Shown: positions 12,223 through 26,055, numbered from the stretch's first letter. The stretch is DNA of 64,000 nt from Octopus sinensis (GCF_006345805.1 NC_043003.1:21328001-21392000); one strand, 5' to 3'. Notes: a model not told the origin generated them from the sequence alone. A program made the numbers and translations.

Positions 12223-13934
12223 CTGACCAAAATGTTTTAAAATTTTTTTTTGTTTGTGTGTGTGTGTATGTTTGTTGTTTCACCTCCACATTAATTGTCG
12301 TTGAATATAATTTTCTTTAGTTTTGCCTTTAATAATAAACATGCTGCAAATGTTATTTATAATAGGTTTATTCTTTCGAGAAGATTTCTCTGTTTACAGG
12401 ACAAATTCTTTAAATTATTCTTCAGTTCTTTTGATTATACTTTCGTTGTTTCATTTCCCTACGTTCTTGTTGTTGCTATTATTTATTTCGTTTCTTCTTA
12501 AAGGTGGGACCATTACTTTTATTTATTTATTCTTTTATTTTTTCATGAATTTTTCCTTTGAAAGCAACAAAAAAAAAAAACTAAATTCTCTACTACCTTA
12601 TTTGGGACCTTTTGCAGCTTGTTTCATAGTTACCTATTTTGTTTCTTTGCAAAAAAAAATTTTAAATAGATAAAATCCTTTATTTCTATCAAATTGTTTT
12701 TGTTATGAAATTTATTTCATTAAAGAAAAAAAAAAGAAAACTTTTTGTTCTACTTGGTTAATTAATTTTCATTTCATTTCTTTACATTTTTTTTTGGTTT
12801 TGTTTTTGTTTTAAATCCACTCCCTTTTAAAATCATCCATGCTTCATTTATCGTGTTAGGGTCCCTTTTACTACTGGGAGACTGGGAAATAAGGGATCTA
12901 TTTTTGAAGGGCTTTTTTTTCTTCTTTTGTTTAAAGTGTCTTTAATAGTTGTTTCATCAAGCTATAGTTATACATCTTATACCAAGCAAATGAGGGAGCT
13001 CTAACATAGTTACTCGGTCTGCTAGAAATAGCAGGCAAATATCCATCAAATCACTAGTCTTTAACAGAAAACAGGAGGGACGCATTTGGATGTACAAAAA
13101 GGTGGAGTAATCACAGCTGGAGTACCTTTGATCATAGGCCTGCAAGATTATTTCTCACCTGAGGATTAGACACCAACAACAACAATGTGAGTGTGTGTAC
13201 ATGACATGTATTGCTATTCTGATCGCATCAGTCTCTTGCTACTCTGAGTTTCACTTTTGGGTGCACAGGGTCTTCAGGCAAGTTACAAAGATCCTAAGGG
13301 CCCTGTATACCCATAAGTTAAACTCAAGAAACTGACTCAGCCAAAGTAAAATATATTATTTATCTCTGCTACGGTATTGAGTACCCTTTTTTCCGACTGT
13401 CAACACTAAACATGCATACATACATACACACACACGCACACACACACACACACACACACTGATGCTATCTGTCTCTTTTCTTTTGCATTAATTAAAAGTA
13501 TTATTTACTGGACAACAAAGTAATGAACTACCTAGTACACCTTTATTACCTTTCTTCAATATACTTTCTACTCCTGCTATACACTAAAAGTTCCTCCACT
13601 GGTTTGCTTTGAAGGCAAGTTGATCTCTTGTTGTTGCTTTACACCTCATTGGTGTCCCAGAATCGTCTAAGCCATAATTGCTAAAACAACACCTAAATAT
13701 CAGTCCAGCCCTAACAAACTAAACCAGCGACTGAGGAGTCATGGGGTACGTAGGACTTACATAATTCAATGTGTTTTTATTTAATTCTTAAGATGGTAAT
13801 ATGTGAGTTGGAAAAGGTTTGGTTCTTATCTCTAGCAGATCAAACAACCAGGTAGAGGCTTTCTCATTTACTTGATTGATTTTTGTTTTTTGCTGATTCT
13901 AGTGGGACCTTATAAATGCCTGGTAATGTTATAG

Positions 13935-14120
13935 TTAAACCCTGATTGAGGGAGCCTTTCATCAAAGACATTCCAGTAATGACCATCCCATCTTTTTTAT
14001 ATTTTTTTTTAACAAGGACCATATCTTATGTGTTGTTATTGTTTTCTTAAAATAGTAGGGTGTCGTTTTTCAGTGAGATTTGCCCTCTATTTCTAGCAAG
14101 TCCATTGACCACATTGTGTT
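13935..14120 (+). mobile_element. dispersed repeat family F (SINE-like), one of about 10 copies
   Basis: Shared motifs ATCAAAGACATTCCAG..GACCATCCCATCTTTTT and GAGATTTGGCTGCTATTTCTAGCA. Others at about 12960-13190(-), 15005-15190, 16160-16330, 19150-19345(-), 46490-46690(-) and 59060-59235. Confidence 0.65.
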
Positions 14121-15190
14121 ACACTTGTTGGTTTGAAAATCAATCTGTAATTGCAGTACTGTAGCAGCAACTAGGTGGGTGGGGGGAGGCAACTGACAGG
14201 TGTGAAGATGTAACAGAAGAAGCATTAGAAGAATAATTCTCTATGTATTATTGTCTCAAATTTTGGCACAAATAGGGACAGATGAAGTACCAGCACTTGA
14301 ATGGTACTTCATTTTCTCATTCCTGGAGGGATGAAAAGCAAGATTGACCTTAGCAGGATTTGAACTCAGAAAATAGTGGGTTCAAATCCTGCTACGGTCA
14401 ACTTTGCCATTCATTTCTCCCTGGGGTCGAGAAAATAAAGTTCCAGTTATGTACTGGGGTTGATGGTATTGACTACGTCTCTTCTTTATTTGTTGGTTTT
14501 CTACCTCAGGCAGAAATCGTTATCTTATGTATTGTTTCAATTTTTTTTAAAAATCTGATTACATCATAGTTTGAAAAATAACTTGAATTTTTCAACTTCA
14601 TCCTCCACAACTCTCTCTCACTCTCACTTGCTCTCATTCTCTCTTTCTTCTGCTTCTTCCTCTCTTTCTCTTTCTCACTCCCTGTCTCTCTCTATCTCTC
14701 TCACTCTTTCACTGTGTCTTTTTTTCCATGATAAACTAAGGAAGGTATGAACAACAGAGTATTCTGCATTAGGGTAGGAAGAACACCTTTATCTTCAGAC
14801 GCCATCTGTTTACAAACGATAGTAAAACTTTCCCCGGTCTCTACAAAAGCCATCACCTCACAGCTTTCTGTTCTTCCTTTGTTGCACACGACACCTGCTA
14901 GCAGACAGGAATCTAAACTGGGAGGCCTGATATCAAACCCTGGACCCACATACACTTGAAACAAAGGACCTTATAAATGCCAGGTCTGCTGCTACTGCTA
15001 CTGTTGTTGTTGTTAAATCCCGGGTCAACCACAACTGAGTGAATCGTTCATCAAAGACATTCCAGTTGTGACTATCCCATCTTTTTTCTTTCTTTTTTTC
15101 TTTTCATCTAGGACCATGTTAGCTAATGTGTTATTGTTTTCATAAAATAGTAGGGTGTGGTTTTTCAGTGAATTTTGCCCTCTATTCTTA

Positions 15191-15607
15191 GGCATAGGAG
15201 TGGCTGTGTGGTAAGTAGCTTGCTTACGAACCACATGGTTCCAGATTAAGTCCCACTGCGTGGCACCTTGGGCAAGTGTCTTCTACTATAGCCTCAGGCC
15301 AACCAAGGCTTTGTGAGTGGGTTTGGTAGACAGAAACTGAAAGAAGCCCGTCGTATATATGTATATATATATATGTATGTGTATGTATATGTTTGTATGT
15401 CTGTGTTTGTCCCCCCCACTCCAACATTGCTTAACAACCGATGTTGGTGTGTTTACATCCCCGTAACTTAGCAGTTCGGCTAAAGAGACCGATAGAATAA
15501 GTACTAGGCTTACAAAGAATAAGTCCTGGGGTCGATTTGCTCGACTAAAGGTGGTGCTCCAGCATGGCCACAGTCAAATGACTGAAACAAGTTAAAGAGT
15601 AAAAGAG
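15191..15607 (+). mobile_element. SINE family A, full length
   Basis: Consensus match from head to tail. Confidence 0.9.
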
Positions 15608-16789
15608 ACATATAACCGATGAATGGATATCCATCCATGATTACCACTCACCAAATTACCAGGAATAGCAGCAGACCTTATTTCAGCAGTTAAAAATGCT
15701 AAAAAATAAGTGATATAGGAGTTGCAATGAAAAAGTTGGAACTCTTATAAGAGATTCTGTTATTGTTGTTTAATCAGAAATCCACTCTGTTTGAGTAAAA
15801 CTTATGAAAGGCATTCCAACTGTGACCATTCCACCTCCTTATTATTCCAGTGTGCTCTTTTAGCTTTTTAAGATGATAATTAGGTGTGATTTCAAGTATA
15901 CTTAAGACTTTATTATCCAATATGTTTTCCCATTTTTTATAAATATGGAAAGATTTGCTTTGAGGCAGAGAATCAGCTGCTATATCTAGCACTTTGAGGA
16001 ACCACATAGAGGCTCCTTTTGCATAACATGCATCGTGTTTTCGTGGTGCATCTGTTGCTGTTACTGCAGTTGATGTTATTGGTGTGTGGAAGGGGAGGAG
16101 GAGGTGATGGGTGAATATAGTTTCTATTTAGATGCACACTGTTGATGTTTAACCCTGGGTTAAATTTTATCAAGCAGACCTGTGGTAAAATGTGGTCAAA
16201 CTACAACCTTCCATCAAGGATCACATTCCACACTATCCAATCCAATGTTTTCCTTTCCCTTTCATGACAGCGGGGTGTGATTCAAAGGAGATTTGGCTGC
16301 TATTTCCAGCAGGGTCATTTTGATTACGAAGCAGCTCCTTCAAGGTTGTGTATTCAGCTTTATGTTATTAACCTGTCTTGCAATTAAAGGAGAAAGAAAA
16401 AGACATCAGAAAGTGTTGTTGCTCTTGTTGGCATTGCAATATGTTGTTGTATCTGTTATCTCCATTTTATTTATACCTGTCACCACATGGAGTGAGAGTA
16501 AAAAGGGAACAGTACCCATGAATTTTCTAGCCCTTCCCACACAGCTGGAGTTGCCTGTAAGGGGTTAATGCATCTGACATCCAGCCTAAACATCTACTGG
16601 TTAATATCTGTAGTGGAAGGAGGACATGCATTGAGAGAGCATTGTGGTGGTTGGAGTAGTGGGGGTATGGTCTGGACTCTGGTCCCTGATTCATTCTCAG
16701 TGCACCCGAAGTAGCACTGTTATTGTTGTTATTTAGCCCCTAATCAAAAGTATTCTAGCCAAGACTAACCCATTTTGTTTGTCTGTTTT

Positions 16790-17100
16790 TCAGGCATAGT
16801 GAGTCTGAGACTATATTATCGAATGTGTCCCTTTTTTTTTTATAAAATTATAGGACTGATTATGATTGAGATATTGTTCTTATTTATAGCAGATTGAGTG
16901 GTCATGTAAAGGCTTCCCTCTTCATTTAAGCAAGTAACATGTTAGGCCCATCAGTAGGGATTCTTTTAAGGATAAACAAATAATAGGTACAGGTACATTT
17001 CTCCTATTAAAATAATCTGCCCTCACCTATAATCAGCTGTCTCTGTAAAACATCAGGTCTACAGAGATGAAATGCCTAAAAATAAAAATTAAAATCACCT
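16790..17100 (+). repeat. about 310-bp direct duplication, partner at about 18192-18514
   Basis: TTTCAGGCATAGTG.GTCTGAGACTATATTATC ... CAGGTCTACAGAGATGAAATGCCTAAAAATAAAAATTAAAATCACCTT occurs twice. Confidence 0.85.
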
Positions 17101-17569
17101 TTTGTTTTATATTTAGAAGTTATCTATTTTTCTAGATTGTTCTTCAAACAAAAAATGTTCGATATCTGTTTTTTTTTTTTTTTCCATTTCATAAACTTCC
17201 CATCTAACTTGGGTAAGCATAGAAAGTTGATCCTGATGCTTTTTATACCAAACTTCCTGAAGCTGTCCTTTCTATGTTACAAACTTCCCATTTTAACCCT
17301 TTTGATATCAACCTGCACTAGACTACTTCTGGTTCCATAATTCAAACTCCCTGTTTTAAAATGGTCTAAATTAAAACTTCCCATCTAAATCTGATGTAAA
17401 TTTATGTTTCAAACACCAGCTTGATAATCACAAAGTCATTTTACTAAATTCTTCATTATTTGAAACAGAGCCAGTGTATTTCAACAGAAATATGGTAACA
17501 AAAGGGTTACGCTGATCTAAATCAAAGCCTTCCATCAAAATTTCATGTTTCGAACATCAGCATAATAAT

Positions 17570-18005
17570 CCTTTCTATTATAGGCACAAGGCCTGAAATT
17601 TGGGGGAGGGGGATAGTCAATTACATCGACCCCAGTAATCAACTGGTACTTAATTTATCGACCTGAAAGGATGAAACGTAAATTCGACCTCAGTGGAATT
17701 TGAACTCAGAACATAGCAATGGGCAAAATACCTATTTCTTTACTACCCACAAGGGGCTAAACACAGAGGGGACAAACAAGGACAGACAAACGGATTAAGT
17801 CAATCATATCGACCCCCCGAAAGGATGAAAGGCAAAGTCAACCTCGGCGGAATTTGAACTCAGAATGTAGCGGCAGACAAAATACTGCTAAGCATTTCGC
17901 CCGGCATGCTAACGTTTCTGCCAGCTCGCTGCCTTTTGCTCAATGGGCAAAATACCACTAAGCATTTCATCCAGCGTGCTAACAATTCTGCCAGCTTGCC
18001 ACCTT
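17570..18005 (-). mobile_element. SINE family B nested inside another family B copy
   Basis: Two heads; the inner copy (17733-17940) is flanked by CAATGGGCAAAATACC at 17717-17732 and 17941-17956. Confidence 0.85.
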
Positions 18006-18659
18006 ACCAGAAATATGGTAACAAAAGGGTTAAGCTGGTCTAATTCAATGCCTTCCATAAAAATTTCATGATAATTTACATTTCAAACACTAGCTTAACA
18101 TTTACTAAATTCTTTGTTATTTTCAAAATTAATTGCAGCAAAAGCAGTGTATTTCTGCAGAAAAATGGTAATTGAAGGGTTAAATGCCTGTTTCAGGCAT
18201 AGTGGGTCTGAGACTATATTATCAAATGTACCCTTTATTTATAAAAATTAAAGGATTATGAGGGAGACATTGTTCTTATTTATAGCAGATTGAGTGGCCA
18301 TGTAAAGGCTTCCCTGTTCTTTTATACATTGTGGGGTCAAAGCAAGTAACATGTTAGGCCCATCAGAAGTAGGGATTGTTTTAAGGATAAGCAAATAATA
18401 GGTACAGGTACATTTCTCCTATTAAAATAATCTGCCCTCACCTTTAATCAGTTGTCTCTGTAAAACATCAGGTCTACAGAGATGAAATGCCTAAAAATAA
18501 AAATTAAAATCACCTTAGTAGGATCTGTCACTTACATATTACTGCCACATTCAAAACTATTGCAAATTAAAGGAAAGCAAGAGAATGAAGAAAATGAGGC
18601 TACATTTCTCCTATTCCACTGTTTCTTGTGTTATAAAATCTTAATGAAAATGTGTTTAA

Positions 18660-18880
18660 CCCTTTCGTTACCAACCTGGCTGAAACCGGCTCTGGCTTTG
18701 AGAACAAATGTCTTGTTTTCATAAGTTTTGAATTAAAATCTTCCACCAAAATTTTAGTTACAATTTATGTTCTTAACACTAGCTGAATGATAGCGAAGTT
18801 ATTTTACTAAATTCTTTGTTATATTTAAAGTAATTGAAAGAAACACAGAGCATCTCAAAATAAATACAGTAACGAAAGGG
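18660..18880. mobile_element. piggyBac-like MITE
   Basis: TTAA|CCCTTTCGTTAC ... GTAACGAAAGGG|TTAA; related fragments at about 17380-17510, 18005-18185 and 57215-57565. Confidence 0.85.
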
Positions 18881-20934
18881 TTAAAGGAACATGACTAATG
18901 GATATAACAACAGGCTTATGAGATCAAGAGTTGTGAGTTCAAGTTCACTGAAAGCTTTTTTTTTTCATTCTGCTCAGCAGGACACTTTAAAATTAAAATT
19001 TCAATGCCATTGTTTGTATATAATAAATAAATACAACAAAAATAGCAGCCAGATGTCCTTTAAATCTCATTCTTCATCTTAGTAAAAACGGATGTGTAGT
19101 TATTGTTATTGTTGTAAACCAATAGCTACCTTACTGGATATAATCCAGTCGGTCAGATTTTGGCTTACTATTAAATATCTCTTCAAATCACACCCTACTA
19201 TTTTATTTTATTCTTTTTAAAGAGAAGAAACTGAATAATGTAGTCCTAGATATTCAATACCCAAGGAAAACATGAGCGGCTGGACACAGCTAAAATGCTG
19301 TTGATCATATGCTTGATCAGAGATAACTCAGGGCTAAACAACAACCGTACACCCTCCCCAAACATCAAGTCTGAACTTGATACCAGATATGACAGTCTCA
19401 CCTGATTCTCAAAGACAAGGGCAACATTGCTTTCTTCTCAATTAAACATTACTTAAATTTTCACTCTGCTAATTATTAAATTTGAAAGTTACAGTCAACT
19501 CCTTGGACTGGATGTATTTCTTTTCCTATAATGCACCATCACCATTATCATCATCATCATCGTCATCATCATCATTTAATATCCACTTTTCCATACATGC
19601 TTAGATCAGACAGAATTGTTAAATCAGCTTTTTTTATGCCAGGATGCTCTTCCTGTTGCCAACCCTCACCTCTGTCTAGGCAAAGTAATATTTTTCATGG
19701 TCAGACATTTTTCCATGGAAGACTAGAAACAAACAACACTGCTTGTATGATGGTAATGCCCATTTACAACCATCACATAATGCCAAGACAAAAGCATAAG
19801 CACACACACACATATATCTGTGTGTGTCCACACGATGAGCTTCTTTCAGGTTCCATCTGCCAAATTCACCTTCAAGGCTTCAGTCAACCTGGGGCTATAG
19901 TAGTAAGCACTTGCCTAAGACACCATACAGTAGGACTGAACCCAAGAACACATGGTTGGGAAACAAACTTCTCAACTGCACCTCTCGTTTTAATACCATT
20001 TTTATCAGTTTATTACTAGAGAAGGGACAATGCCTGTGGTTTTTACAGGCCCTCACATTATCATCATTTAATGTCTGTGTTCCATGCTAGCATGGGTGGG
20101 ACGGTACCACAAGAGCTGAAGCCTGCACCAGACTTCTGTGACTGTTTGGGCAGGATTTTTACAGCTCGATGCCCTTCCTAACACCAACCACTCAGCAGAC
20201 TGTTGATATTTGTAAGGTTGGTGTGCAATTCTGATTCTGCAGAAAAATGTGGAAAGAGCAGAAGTTGGGATTCTGGTTGAGTTACTGACAACAAAGTGGC
20301 TTCCACTGAAGGCTCCAGTGCAGTGAAGTGGCAGAGTTGTTTGTCAGGGTGTTGGATATAGATGTTATGCCTTGCTATATTTGTGTGCAAAAATGCAACT
20401 CTCACAGATGTAAAAAAAAAGAATATTTTTTTTTAAATCTGTTTCTAGTAAAACCCTACCATTTTTAGTGATATTAAAGCAGACTTCAAAACTTGCAAAT
20501 AAAATTTTTAAAAATGACTTTACGTAAAGTGATCTTCTTACAGACCACCATGAAAAGAATTATGGTTTTTTACTATAATCTTTCTCGATGGCCTCACTAG
20601 CATGAATAACACATTCTCGTTAATCAGCTATTTCATTCCATTCCTAAGAACTTTTTATTCTCGCTTTTGTAAATGGTGTATCATATCTTTTTTTATGCAA
20701 CTTTTTTTGTATTTTAATTTGATACACAGCTAGTGAAAAAGAGAGAAAAGCAATATTTATTCTGGCCCTTCACATTCTGATTTCACATTCCTCCATGGTC
20801 ATTTTTACCTTTCATCATTCTGGAGTTAATAAAATAAGGAACTGCTTTGACATAATCAGCTGTTCACTTCTCCACAACCATTGCAAAAAAAAAATTGCTG
20901 GGCTTCTACCTTAATTAGAAATTATTAAGAACAG

Positions 20935-21280
20935 TCAGGTGAACCCGGCATTGACCATGTTTGGATGCTGCGTAAAAAGCATCATCCAAACATGGTTGAT
21001 GCCAGGTCCACATGACTGGCTCCCTTGCTAGTGACATGTGAAAAGCACCATCCAAACGTGGTTAATGCCAGTGCCCTCTGACTGGCTCACGTGCCGGTGG
21101 CACATAAAAAGCACCCACTACACTCTCAGAGTGGTTGACATTAGGAAGGGCATCCAGCTGTAGAAACATTGTCAGATCAGATTGGAATCTGGTGCAGCCG
21201 CTGGCTTTCCTGACCTCAGTCAAACCATCCAACCCATGCCAGCATAGAAAATGGATGTTAAATGATGGTGATGATGAACT
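20935..21280 (+). mobile_element. RTE-LINE 3' tail (family C)
   Basis: Repeated GTAAAAAGCACC subunits, GGTTGACATTAGGAAGGGCATCCAGCTGTAGAAAC, ends in (GAT)n. Confidence 0.75.
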
Positions 21281-21454
21281 GACAGAATTGTTAGGATGTC
21301 AGAAAATGCTTAGTGATAATTAGTATTGACTTTTTATGTTCTGAGTTCAAATGCCATTGAGGTCAACTTTGTTTTTCATCCTCTCAAGGTCAATTAATTA
21401 AAGTATCTGTCAACTACTGGGGTCAATTGATTTACCCCCTCCTTGATTAAGAGG

Positions 21455-21845
21455 TTTACTTTACATCCATGTCATTAGGGGTTCAGTCTCACTGTGCAAC
21501 ACCTTGGGCAAGTGTTTTCTACTATAACCCCAGACCAACCAATGCTTTGTGAGTGAATTTGGTAAGTGGAAACTGTGAGAAGATTATTGTATGTGTGTGT
21601 GTGTGTAAGAGAGAAAAAGAGAGAGATTGAGCAAGTGTATGTATGTCATCGTGTTTGCCTTCCCACTGTTCAACAACTCATATTAGTTTGTTTACATTTC
21701 TATAACTTAGTAGTTCAGCAAAAGTGACTGATAGAATAAATACCAGGCTTAAAATATGTCCTGGGATCGATTTGTTCAACTAACCCCATAAGGTGGTGCT
21801 CCAGCATGGCCACAGTCCAATGACTGAAAAAAACCATTAAAAGAG
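21455..21845 (+). mobile_element. SINE family A (degenerate)
   Basis: CCTTGGGCAAGTG core and GGTGCTCCAGCATGGCCACAG tail. Confidence 0.75.
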
Positions 21846-22630
21846 TAAATCACGTTATTATATAAACTCAATCCATTGTCTTGTATAAATACCAGTAATA
21901 TACCCAGGTTGACTTTACTTCCTTAGTGTTATTGCTTTCACAAAAGGAATCAATATTTCTTAAGTTGTCCTGGGAATTCAATCTATTGTGGGTGTGGCAT
22001 ACTTAAGCTCCACCTTACTTTATTGATTATTTCATAGTGGAGCTGATGCAGAAAATAAACAGCCTACTGGATATACAACAGCCTTGCCTCAGAGCCTTAC
22101 TCCTCTAGATCCAAGACACGCCTTGATTTACTTCACTTCATGTTCTATCTATGTGAACACCATCATGGTTGAGGTTAAAACGTTTACTTTGCAGTCATAA
22201 AGTCCTAGGGTTTTTAAGGTTCTTTTTTTTTTATTTCTTAGTCAGAAGGGACAGGCACTGCTTATGACTCTTTACAGGGCCTCTCAGACTGGTAAAGGGT
22301 AAAGACTCCCTTTGCTCATGAATGACCATGAGATTGCACCTAGAAATTTACCCTCTGGAGCACAAGTCCGGGCAAGTTTGTTTATGGAAGATTAGCAGTC
22401 ACCCATGCATACCAGTTTCGACTCTCCACACCACTGATGTTGTCCAAGGGAAAGGCAAAGGGGCTGATACAGCTTGGCACCAGTGACGTCACAACTCATT
22501 TCTATAGCTGAGTGAACTGGAGCAACATGAAATAAAGTGTCTTGCTCAAGAACACAACATACAACCTGGCCCAGGAATTGAACTCACTACATTATTGTTA
22601 GCCCAACACTCTAACCACTGAGCCATGTGC

Positions 22631-22866
22631 TTTTTATTTCTTTACTACCCACAAGGGATTAAACACAGAGGGGACACACAAGGACAGACAAACAGATTAA
22701 GTCGATTACATCGACCCCAGTGCATAACTGGTACTTAATTTATCGACCCCGAAAGGATGAAAGGCAAAGTCGACCTTGGCAGAATTTGAACTCAGGACAT
22801 AACGGCAGACGAAATACAGCTACACATTTCACTCGGCGTGCTAACGTTTCTGCCAGCTTGCCGCCT
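22631..22866 (-). mobile_element. full-length SINE family B inserted in the head of a family D SINE
   Basis: 12-bp TSD TGAGCCATGTGC at 22619-22630 and 22867-22878. Confidence 0.85.
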
Positions 22867-23023
22867 TGAGCCATGTGCCTTTGCTAGACTGGTAGGTGGG
22901 TGAGAATGAGGGAGGACAGCATCCTCAAATCAAAAACTTAGAGTGGACTTCACTAAAGGCACCCACAAGGTCCAGGAAGTGGTGTTAAACCAGGCAATGG
23001 ACTTAGTCTACCATCTAATAGAC

Positions 23024-23527
23024 CAGTGGTTCTCAACCATTTATTGCCTTGGATCCTTTTGATTTCTATTTCACTCTACAGGACTCCCCATAGCCATTTG
23101 AAGTTTTTAAGAAACCCATTATATTTTTATTATTAAATAATATTAGGAATTATATAGCAAAAATTATTAAAATATTTTGTGTATTATAGAAGTATATAAC
23201 CAACTTGTTGTGGAGGTACATGGCTTTAGTGGTGAGGGTATTAGACTCATTATCATAACATTGTGGTTTCAATTCCTGGACTGGACAATGTGTTATACTC
23301 TTGTGCAAAACACTTCATTTCACATTGCTCCAGTCCACTCAGCTAGCAAACATGAATAATTCTGCAACAGACCGGCGCCTAGAGAACTGGGAAACAGGCC
23401 CTTATGGGTCAGCATGACTCAATAAAGTAACTTTACTAATTTTAATCAACTTATTGCACAAAATTTTTTACAACTAAATTTTATATAAACCGCCAAGGCT
23501 CATGTGGGCTCTCGTTGAGAACCACCA
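23024..23527. mobile_element. hAT (Charlie-like) MITE interrupted by a family D SINE
   Basis: TIRs CAGTGGTTCTCAAC / GTTGAGAACCACCA; SINE at about 23210-23435. Confidence 0.7.
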
Positions 23528-24024
23528 GGTGCCTGCAATAAAGTGGACTTCACTAAAGGAACCCAAGGTCCAGAAAGTAGTGTTAAAACAGGTGATGGAT
23601 TTAGTTTGTCATCCAAACAGACTGTGGCAGGATTTGAACTCAGAAGAAACACTACAAAGCACTCTCAGCAACGGTCTGGTAATTTTGCCAATCCATCATT
23701 TTAGACTGAAACTTTTATTTTTATCACCTGGAAAGATGAAAGTGGAGGCATACAGCCTAGTGGTTAGGATGTTGCACTCACAATTGGTTCCTAGACCGGG
23801 TGGTGTGTTGTGTTATTGGAGCAAAACACTTCATTTTACATTGCTCTAATCCACTCAGCTGTAAATGAGTAATGTAACCCTGTGACGGACAGTTCAGAGG
23901 AGGTGTTGTGATTTTAGGCACTTATATGATTGGTTGGTATTAGGAAGAGCATCCAGCCGTAAAAGCCCTGCCAATGCAGATGTATATATGATGATGATGA
24001 TGATATAAATTTATATTCATTTAA

Positions 24025-24720
24025 TCTTTTACTTGTTTCAGTCATTTGACTATGGCCATGCTGGAACACCACCTTAAAGGAGATTTTTTAGTCAAAGAAA
24101 TCAACCTTAGGACTTCTATAGTTCTCTTTTGCCAAACTACTAATTTACAGGGACATAAACACACTAACATCAGTTGTCAAGCGACTTAAAGATACATACA
24201 TAAATATATGCATGTGCATATGTGTGTGTGTGAAGGTGCATGGCTTACTGGTTAGGGTATTCGACTCACGATTGTAAGGTCATGAGTTCAATTCCCAGCG
24301 ACACATTGTGCCCTTGAGCAAGACACTTTATTTCACGCTGCTCCAGTCCACTCAGCTGGCAAAAATGAGTTGTACCTGTATTTCAAAGGGCCGGCCTTGT
24401 CACACCTTGTGTCATGCTGAATCCCCCTGAGAACTACATTAGGGGTACATGTGTCTGTGGATTGCTCAGCCACTTGCACGTTAATTTCACAGGAAAGCTG
24501 TTCCGTTGACAGTATCCATTGGGACCCTCGTCGTCATAACTGATGGAGTGCTCCTTTATATATACGATGGGCTTTTTTCAGTTTCTGCCTACCAAATCCA
24601 CTCACAAGGCTTTGGTTGGCCTGAGCCTATAGTAGAAGACACCTGCCCATGGTGCCATGCAGTGAGATTGAACCCAGAACCATGTGGCTGGGATGCAAGC
24701 TTCTTACCACACAGCCACTC
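24025..24720 (-). mobile_element. SINE family A split by a family D SINE (24232-24555, +)
   Basis: Tail at 24025-24230 and head at 24560-24720; the insert sits in the central microsatellite. Confidence 0.7.
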
Positions 24721-25169
24721 TATAGATGCATTATGTAGATAGTTTGGGTAAATCTCAAATGTTTCCTCTTGAAGTGCATCTTCTAATTCCATTATTACAA
24801 TCCAATATTTAGTCTCAGTTGCTGCTGTATGTTAGTTCAAAATACATATTAAAATTGAGAACTATGAAAATGTTACTTGCAGAGTTATTGTATAATAAAC
24901 AGGAAGTTAGAAAATTTATTGGTGTTATATATTCACTAATAGGAATTACAGTTTTACATCTAAGATAGACATGTAAAGAATTTCTATCAGGAATTCTCCA
25001 GACAGAAAAAATTAAATAATACAAATTTTATATTTGGATGAAATGTTTATGCGTGTGTGTGAGGGCGAATGGCCTAGTGGTTAGAGCATTGCATTCACGA
25101 TCTTGCAATTGGGATTTGAATTCCTAGATCTGGTGGTGCATGGCGTTCTTGTGGAAAACAAATCATCTG

Positions 25170-25712
25170 TGCCAGTCATTTGACAAAAGTTGAATGCTCA
25201 TACATCAACTTTGACAGGAGAGAAGACCTGCTGAGGCAAGTGAAATGGAAATCAAATTCGATGACTGGCATCCGTGCTAGTGGAGCACTAAGAGCACCAT
25301 CCGAGCGTGATCGTTGCCAGAGCAGCTGACTGGTTACCATGCTGGTGGCATGTAAAAAGCACCATTCGAGTGTGATCATTACCAGCATCACCTTACTGGC
25401 ACTTGTGCCAGTGGCGTGTGAAGAAACATTCGAGCGAAGTTGTTACCAGTTCCACTGAACTGGCTCCTGTGCAGGTGGCACGTAAAAAATACCATTTGAG
25501 CATGGCCATTGCCAGTACCACCTGACTGGCATGTAAAAGCACCCACAACACTCTTGGAGTGGTTGATGTTAGGAAGGGCATCCAGCTGTAGAAACTCTGC
25601 CAGATCAGATTGGAGCCTGGTGCAGCCATATGGTTTGCCAGGTCTCGGTCAAATCGTCCAACCCATGCTAGCATGGAAAGCGGACATTAAACGATGATGA
25701 TGATGATGATAC
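25170..25712 (+). mobile_element. RTE-LINE 3' tail (family C), long form
   Basis: Several GGCATGTAAAAAGCACC subrepeats; ends CGGACATTAAAC(GAT)n. Confidence 0.8.
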
Positions 25713-26055
25713 ATTTCTATGTACCAAATTCACGGACAAATCTCTAATCCACTGCATGGTAGCTGGACTGAGCCCTAAAATCATGAGGTTGGCAAGTAAA
25801 CCCCTAAGCCATACTGCCATGCTTGCATCTAATATATAAGGAAATAATTATACATGGTACAAACTGACTAGAATGGTTAACAATTAGTCAATACTAAGAT
25901 ATTAATAAATAAAAGTTAATGTTGAATGAATTTTAAGAGTACTTGTCATAGTTGTAGCTTTTGAATCCTCTGAATTAGTGTTTCTAATGATATATACATA
26001 TATATATATCCATAGCTCTTACTTAGTGTTACCCGACATCTTTTAGGTCTTCTCG

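Noticed and set aside
14701-14964. Unique sequence open on both strands (87 aa minus, 70 aa plus) with a plausible minus-strand acceptor
   Set aside because: No recognisable domain and no convincing donor; cannot be supported as an exon without RNA data.
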